Assembly: GCA_032128115.1 (NCBI GenBank) | Contig: JAQBHB010000041.1 | Location: 1 to 64,000, forward strand | DNA: 64,000 bases | From: Deltaproteobacteria bacterium | GTDB lineage: Bacteria > Myxococcota_A > UBA9160 > SMWR01 | Reading direction: 5' to 3' | Part shown: piece after piece, positions 58,843-64,000 of the stretch | How positions within the stretch are numbered: the stretch's first letter is position 1 | Layout: every line of letters starts with the position of its first letter | Translations under genes and position numbers: made by a program | Notes under the pieces: generated by a model | The model's input: the letters and a program-made list of their open reading frames with translations, nothing else | Told to the model about the DNA's origin: nothing | Database searches by the model: none

Positions 58843-59919
58843 ATGCAGCTGGTCACCTACGAACGACGGGTTGACAGCAACGACAACGACGAGCCGCGCC
58901 GATCGCGCCACTCGTCCATGGGCGACGCCGCGCTGGGGTTCGAGGCCCTGGAGTCGCACCGGCCCGGCATGCGGCGCATGGGGGCCATCCTGCCCGTCGG
59001 CTCCCACGAAGGCTCGGTGGTGGACCTGAACCGCGCGTTGGCCATCAGGCTCGCCTCCGACGGCGGGGGAGCCCCGGAAGCCGAGGCCGACTCGCTGCTG
59101 CCTGCGGATCTCCTGGAGCTGTTGCGCCGCGGCCCCGGGAGCATGGACGTGGCTCGCACGGCGCTCGCGTTCGCAGTAGAGGCCCTCGACCGCTACGACG
59201 CCCCGGACCTGGTGCGGGCCGGCGTCGTGCACGGTCGACGCGATGTCCGCCTGTGCGCGCCGATTCCGCGCCCCGGCAAGATCGTGGGCGTGGCGCGCAA
59301 CTACCCGGCCCACGCGGCGGAGCGCGGCGGCGATATTCCCGAGGAGCCGGTGCTCTTCCTGAAGGCCCCGTCGTCGGTGATCGGCCCCGAGGACGAGATC
59401 CGTCTGCCCCGGGCCAGTGTGCAGGTGGACTACGAAGGCGAATTGGCCGTGATCCTCGGAGCCGCGATTCGCGGCGTCGGCCCCGAAGAGGCGCTCGCGA
59501 GCATCGCGGGCTATTGCGTGGCGAACGATGTCTCGGCGCGGGACTACCAGGACGTCCGGGGACAACGGTTCATCGGGAAGTCGTGCGACACCTTCGCTCC
59601 CCTGGGACCTGCCCTGATCACCACCGACGAGATTCCCGACCCCCAGGATCTGGGCATCCGGACCGTCGTCTCCCAGCAGGGAAGACAGTCGGGGCACACC
59701 AAACAGATGCACTTCGGGGTCGCTGCGATCCTCTCGTTCGTGTCCCGGCTGATGACGCTCGAACCCGGCGACGTGGTGCTCACCGGTACACCCGCGGGCG
59801 TGGGCGCAGCCGCCGAACCGCCTCGCTGGCTTCGGGATGGCGATGTGGTGGAGGTGGAGATCGACCGGGTGGGCCGACTGCGAAACTACGTGCGCGAGGA
59901 GCCGCCGACAGGCTCGTAG
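58843..59919 (+). CDS. Fumarylacetoacetate hydrolase family protein
   Basis: GKIVGVARNY..H, DYEGELAV, ANDVSARD, GKSCDTFAPLGP, TGTPAGVG; GGAGG RBS. Confidence 0.92.
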   Translation: MQLVTYERRVDSNDNDEPRRSRHSSMGDAALGFEALESHRPGMRRMGAILPVGSHEGSVVDLNRALAIRLASDGGGAPEAEADSLLPADLLELLRRGPGSMDVARTALAFAVEALDRYDAPDLVRAGVVHGRRDVRLCAPIPRPGKIVGVARNYPAHAAERGGDIPEEPVLFLKAPSSVIGPEDEIRLPRASVQVDYEGELAVILGAAIRGVGPEEALASIAGYCVANDVSARDYQDVRGQRFIGKSCDTFAPLGPALITTDEIPDPQDLGIRTVVSQQGRQSGHTKQMHFGVAAILSFVSRLMTLEPGDVVLTGTPAGVGAAAEPPRWLRDGDVVEVEIDRVGRLRNYVREEPPTGS

Positions 59920-59979
59920 CGGGCGCAAAGGGCCACAAGAGGGTGCAAGGAGCAGCACCCAGGAAGGTCCGGAGTCCGA

Positions 59980-60756
59980 TCAAATTCCCGATCCCGCTTC
60001 CTCTTCCTCCACGTGGATGCCGCATTCGCGGGTCTCGGGGTTCTCCCACCACCAGCGTCCGGCCCGGGGATCGTCGCCCGCTGCGATTGCTCGCGAGCAG
60101 GGGGCGCAGCCCACCGACGGGTAGCCCTGAAGGTGCAGACGGTTGGTGGGTAGGTCGTGGTCTCGCACGTACTGGAGCACCTGATCGCGCTTCCAGTCGG
60201 CGAGCGGATTGATCTTCACCTTGTCGCCGTGGCCCGCGTCGATCTCGACCTTGGTGGTGTCGGTGCGCGTCACGCCCTGGTCACGCCGCAGGCCCGTGAC
60301 CCAGGCGTCCAGATCGGCGACGAAGCGGTTCAGGGGCTCGACCTTGCGAACGCGGCAGCACTGCTGGCGATTCTCCACCGACTCGAAGAACAGGTTCAGA
60401 CCCTTCTGCCGCACCATGGCCTCCACCGCCTCGGCACGGGGAAAGACCACCTCGACCTTTACCCGGTAGCGGTCACGGACCCGGTCGATCAGGTCGTAGG
60501 TCGCCTGGGGAAGACGCCCCGTGTCCAGCACGAACACCCGGGAGGCTGGCTCGATGCGATGCATCATGTCCATCAGCACGATGCCCTCGGGCGCTCCGAA
60601 CGAGCAGGAAAGGGCAATCCTGGGATGATAATTCTCCAGTGCCCAACTCAAGAGTTCTTGGGCGCTGAGGGCCTCGGCCTGGCCACTCTGGATGAACTGG
60701 CGCAGGGCCCGCTGCGTGGGTTTCTCGGGGTTTGAGGAGGGGGCGGTCATCGCCAT
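59980..60756 (-). CDS. cysH: (Phospho)adenylyl-sulfate reductase, [4Fe-4S] APS-reductase type
   Basis: SFG, LDTG, CCRVRKVEPL, TGLRRDQ, GYPSVGCAPC, RAGRW, ECGIH. Confidence 0.93.
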   Translation of the reverse strand: MAMTAPSSNPEKPTQRALRQFIQSGQAEALSAQELLSWALENYHPRIALSCSFGAPEGIVLMDMMHRIEPASRVFVLDTGRLPQATYDLIDRVRDRYRVKVEVVFPRAEAVEAMVRQKGLNLFFESVENRQQCCRVRKVEPLNRFVADLDAWVTGLRRDQGVTRTDTTKVEIDAGHGDKVKINPLADWKRDQVLQYVRDHDLPTNRLHLQGYPSVGCAPCSRAIAAGDDPRAGRWWWENPETRECGIHVEEEEAGSGI

Positions 60757-60856
60757 GGGGTTTCCAATGTATCGGAAGATCGTGGCAGATCCCAAGCATT
60801 CCAGACAGTTGCACTGTGGTATTTGACAGAGGCGCCAGCCGCTGCCGCGACTGGGT

Positions 60857-61156
60857 TCATGCGAGCTTCTCGTCCACGGACCGCACCTTGTCCTCCATGG
60901 CCACGGTGCGGTCCCGCCGTTCGTCGATCTTGATCAGCGTGCTCACGCGCATGGCCCCGGCTGCGAAGACCGCCTCGTGCATCCGCTGCACCAACGCCAG
61001 CACCTCTGGAAGCTCACCTTCCAGGGTGGTGAACATTGGATCCAGCCGGGTTCGCACGGCCTGCTGATCGCGAGCCACCCTGAGTGCGGCAGCCACGTAG
61101 CTCGACACGCTGACCCCCTCTCCTACCGGTGAAATGCTGACTGCGACGATGGCCAT
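60857..61156 (-). CDS. MTH1187/YqgV family thiamine-binding protein
   Basis: ISPVG...SVS.YV, PMFTTLEG, RVST.IKIDERRD, KV.SV. Confidence 0.88.
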   Translation of the reverse strand: MAIVAVSISPVGEGVSVSSYVAAALRVARDQQAVRTRLDPMFTTLEGELPEVLALVQRMHEAVFAAGAMRVSTLIKIDERRDRTVAMEDKVRSVDEKLA

Positions 61157-61180
61157 CTCGTTGGTTCCCCTCGATCCTGT

Positions 61181-61232
61181 CATTCAGCCCAGACGTTCAG
61201 CCCAGTCATTCAGCCCAGACATTCAGCCCAGA
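61181..61232. repeat. 13-bp tandem repeat x4 containing the folK-fusion stop codon
   Basis: cattcagcccaga / cgttcagcccagt / cattcagcccaga / cattcagcccaga. Confidence 0.88.
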
Positions 61233-62653
61233 CGGCGGCGCACCGCCACCGGGTCGCGCACCCGGGCCGCAAGGTCCGCCACGGGTTGCCCGAGTATTGG
61301 ATGCACGAACGCCGCAGCAATTTCACACAGCGGCTCCAACACGAAGGCGCGCTCGTGCAGGCGCGGGTGTGGCACCTGGAGGCCCGGCTCGTCGATCTTC
61401 TGGCCCGCGTAGAAGAGCACGTCCAGGTCCAGGGTGCGCGCCGTGTTGCGCTGGCCCCCCGGGGTGCGCCCGGCATCCGACTCGATCTGCTGGAGTCGGT
61501 CCAGCAGCGCCCGCGCCGACAACCGGCAGCGCAGCTTCGCCGCCGCGTTCAGATAGGGCCCCTGGGGCGGTGGGCCCACCGGATCGGTCTCGTAAACGGG
61601 TGACACCGCCTCCACCCACACGCCCCGGGTGCGACCCAGGGCCGCCAGGGCGCGCACCAGATGCCCCTCCCGGTCGCCCAGGTTCGAGCCCAGCGATACG
61701 TAGGCCGGCTCGCCTTCGATTCCGCCCGCGCTGCGCTGTTGCAGCCGATCGCCGCAGAACGATGCGATGGCTGCGTTGAACCGGATCGCCGCCTCCCACT
61801 GCAGGAAGTGACCGGCGCCGCTCAGCTGGAAGGGCCCGACCCGGTCGGGGAAGACCACCTCGGCCATGCGCTCGAAGTCGGGAGGAATCACGTGATCCTC
61901 GGGCCCGTAGAGGATGAGCGCCGGCGTGGGATTCTCGCGCCAGAAGGGCCGCGCCACCCGGGCGTGCGCCGAGAGCACGCTCTCGTAGGTGCAAAGGCTC
62001 GCGCGAAAGTGGTGGGCGTCGGCGAAGGGTTCGCTGAGGAAATCCACCGCGTCGGGCTCGAACGCGCCCGGATGCGCCCAGTGTCGTTTGGTGTAGAAGT
62101 CCGCCACCCAGTGCTTGCGGCGCTCCGGTGTGTCGAGCTCTGCGGCCAGACCGTCCGCATCGGTTCCCGCGCGCAGGAAATAGTCGAGCCGCTCGCGGGG
62201 CGGTCGCGTGACGAGACCCTGCATGCGCTCTTTCAAGAAGGGAAGCGGAGCGTTGAAGATCACGAGCCTCTCGACGAAACCCGGGAATCGCAGCGAGAGA
62301 TCCTGGATCACGGCGCCACCCAGATCGCCGCCCACCGCCACCACTGAATCGAGCCCCAGATGCTCGTGCACCAGGGCGTACAGGTCGCGGCTGTGGGACA
62401 CCACGTCGTGGAACCCGTCCGGCCCCACCTGGCTGTCTCCGAAACCCCGGAGATCGGGAGCGATCACGTGGAAGCCAGCGGCCGCCAGCGGCGCGGCGTT
62501 GCGCCACCAGATACGCCGGGTCTCGGGCCAGCCGTGCACGAGCAACAGGGGAACGCCGCCCCGGCCCTCGGACAGGAAGGCCTGGTCGAAGCCGCGCGGG
62601 CGCGCCCGCTCCACGCGGAAGCGATCCGGGGACAGGGGGGTCGGCTCGCTCAC
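61223..62653 (-). CDS. folK: Fusion of an epoxide-hydrolase/dehalogenase-type alpha/beta hydrolase with FolK (HPPK)
   Basis: N-terminal HGWP, PDLRGFGDS, GGDLGG, GAGHF. C-terminal AYVSLGSNLGDR, YETDPVG, YLNAA, RTLDLDVL, VPHPRLHERAFVLEPL. One uninterrupted frame. Confidence 0.9.
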   Translation of the reverse strand: MSEPTPLSPDRFRVERARPRGFDQAFLSEGRGGVPLLLVHGWPETRRIWWRNAAPLAAAGFHVIAPDLRGFGDSQVGPDGFHDVVSHSRDLYALVHEHLGLDSVVAVGGDLGGAVIQDLSLRFPGFVERLVIFNAPLPFLKERMQGLVTRPPRERLDYFLRAGTDADGLAAELDTPERRKHWVADFYTKRHWAHPGAFEPDAVDFLSEPFADAHHFRASLCTYESVLSAHARVARPFWRENPTPALILYGPEDHVIPPDFERMAEVVFPDRVGPFQLSGAGHFLQWEAAIRFNAAIASFCGDRLQQRSAGGIEGEPAYVSLGSNLGDREGHLVRALAALGRTRGVWVEAVSPVYETDPVGPPPQGPYLNAAAKLRCRLSARALLDRLQQIESDAGRTPGGQRNTARTLDLDVLFYAGQKIDEPGLQVPHPRLHERAFVLEPLCEIAAAFVHPILGQPVADLAARVRDPVAVRRRLG

Positions 62654-62660
62654 CGGGTCG

Positions 62661-62676
62661 ATCTTACAGCTACAAT
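62661..62676. promoter_or_regulatory. Back-to-back divergent -10 boxes
   Basis: Minus TAAGAT (62666-62661), 7 nt before GTG 62653; plus TACAAT (62671-62676), 8 nt before GTG 62685. Confidence 0.6.
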
Positions 62677-62684
62677 CCCGTGCC

Positions 62685-63959
62685 GTGCCGGCGATTCCCT
62701 CCCTCGCCCCTGCGTTGCTTACCCCCGTTCCGGGGCCGCGCTCGACTGCACTGGCGCAACGGCTGGCACGTGTGGAGAGCCGCAATGTCACGTGTCTTCA
62801 CCCGGTGCCCCTCTTCTGGGAGCGCGCCGCCGGGGCCAACGTCTGGGACGTGGATGGCAACCGCTTCGTGGATCTCACGGCGGGCTTCGGCGTCGCCAAT
62901 GCGGGACACGCACACCCGCGTGTGGTGGACGCGATTCACGAACAGTCGGAGCGAATGCTCCACGCCATGGGCGACGTGCACCCAGCGGCCGTGAAGGTGG
63001 AACTGCTGGAAGCGCTGACCCGCCGCTTTCCCGGCGGCGGCGACTGCCGGGCCGTGCTGGGATCGTCGGGCTCCGACGCGGTGGAGGTCGCGCTCAAGAC
63101 CGCCCTGCTCGCGACAGGGCGCCCGGGGGTGGTGGCCTTCGAGGGCGCCTACCACGGGCTCAGCCTGGGCGCGCTGGACACCACCTGGCGCGGCGCGTTT
63201 CGCGAGCCCTTCCGTCTGCGCCTGCCGGGCGCAACGGTCTTCGCGCGTTTCGGTGACGCCGGGGATGCCCTTCGGGCCGCAGAGTCCCTCGAGCATCCAG
63301 TGGGCGCCGTGCTCGTGGAGCCGATCCAGGGCCGGGGAGGCGATCGCATCCCCCCCCCAGGTTTCCTCTCCGAGCTGCGGAGCCTGTGTGACGACCGGAG
63401 CTGGCTGCTGATCGTGGACGAAGTCTACACCGGCTTCGGTCGCACGGGCCGCTGGTTCGCGTGCGAGCACGAGGGCGTGGTTCCCGACCTGCTGTGCGTG
63501 GGCAAGGGGCTCGCTTCAGGGATGCCGTTGTCCGCCACCCTGGGACGGGCCGAGCTGATGGATGCCTGGCCCGCCTCGGACGGCGAAGCCCTCCACACCC
63601 AGACCTTCCTGGGTCATCCGCCGGGCTGTGCCGCTGCACTGGCGTCGATCGCGGCCCTCGAAGAAGAAAAGCTCGTGGAACGCGCCGCCGAGAACGGGGC
63701 CACGGCCCTGGCACAGCTGCAGTCGGGGCTTTCGGGGGCGCCCGGCGTCGAAGACGTGCGGGGCCTGGGGCTGCTGCTGGCGGTGGAATGCGACAGCGCC
63801 GAGCGCGTGAACCGCGCCGTCGCGGCCGCCATGCGCCGCGGCGTCATTGCGCTGCCGTCGGGAGACGACGGCCGCGTCGTTTCGATCACGCCGCCCCTGT
63901 GCGTCGAGTCCGAGATCCTGAGCCTCGCCCTCGGCGTACTCTGCGAGTGTCTGCAATGA
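62685..63959 (+). CDS. Class III PLP aminotransferase (GabT/ArgD-like)
   Basis: [59 protein letters not shown]. Confidence 0.9.
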   Translation: MPAIPSLAPALLTPVPGPRSTALAQRLARVESRNVTCLHPVPLFWERAAGANVWDVDGNRFVDLTAGFGVANAGHAHPRVVDAIHEQSERMLHAMGDVHPAAVKVELLEALTRRFPGGGDCRAVLGSSGSDAVEVALKTALLATGRPGVVAFEGAYHGLSLGALDTTWRGAFREPFRLRLPGATVFARFGDAGDALRAAESLEHPVGAVLVEPIQGRGGDRIPPPGFLSELRSLCDDRSWLLIVDEVYTGFGRTGRWFACEHEGVVPDLLCVGKGLASGMPLSATLGRAELMDAWPASDGEALHTQTFLGHPPGCAAALASIAALEEEKLVERAAENGATALAQLQSGLSGAPGVEDVRGLGLLLAVECDSAERVNRAVAAAMRRGVIALPSGDDGRVVSITPPLCVESEILSLALGVLCECLQ

Positions 63960-64000
63960 ACGCTCGCCGGGAGATCGAACGGGAGCTGCTGGCCTGGACC
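63956..64000 (+). CDS. 5' end of the next coupled gene, truncated by the window; product unknown
   Basis: ATGA overlap with the aminotransferase stop; reads [15 protein letters not shown]. Confidence 0.5.
   Translation, partial: MNARREIERELLAWT

Noticed and set aside
59920..59955. Degenerate GGG-x-GCAA repeats between the FAH gene and cysH
   Set aside because: Too degenerate to distinguish from chance.
1048..63889. Numerous long antisense ORFs (e.g. 1048..2916-, 2669..4582-, 10523..12331+, 44509..46926-, 53677..55824+)
   Set aside because: These are typical stop-poor shadow frames of GC-rich genes; they show no motifs and overlap well-supported CDS.
63956..64000. Assigning the truncated terminal gene as a LuxE-like acyl-protein synthetase
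   Set aside because: Only 15 codons are visible, which is not enough to call.

Overview
GC-rich bacterial chromosomal window, densely coding (about 62 CDS). I recognise no rRNA, tRNA or CRISPR array. The gene content (three F420/LLM oxidoreductases, three SDRs, many alpha/beta hydrolases, a STAND-type class III cyclase, two diguanylate cyclases, a PDZ-GAF histidine kinase) suggests an uncultured Myxococcota/Deltaproteobacteria-like heterotroph; this is inference only. The window opens in the 3' end of an internally deleted IS256-family element. Scattered housekeeping and cofactor genes: ltaE, ilvD, panD, eukaryotic-type hisA, bioA, cysH, yhhQ and an alpha/beta-hydrolase-FolK fusion. The best candidate for an undescribed system is a cyclic-nucleotide cluster at about 35-49 kb. 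It has a perfect CRP-type box upstream of an uncharacterised membrane protein + VWA lipoprotein pair, a zinc-ribbon/cyclase/STAND/TPR protein, an FN3-CpdA-like phosphodiesterase, and an Npt-like transporter-HEAT-cNMP-binding fusion. Other oddities: a domain-permuted Rieske oxygenase, an SCP2-PhyH/EXPERA/MBL lipid- or sterol-type cluster, a tandem 4-Cys domain protein, a secreted-protein gene flanked by three different short repeat arrays, repeated short tandem duplications at gene ends, and at least ten apparently leaderless genes. Many starts were reassigned from the ORF track using RBS, -10 box or stop/start overlap evidence. All family calls come from motif recognition, not database searches.
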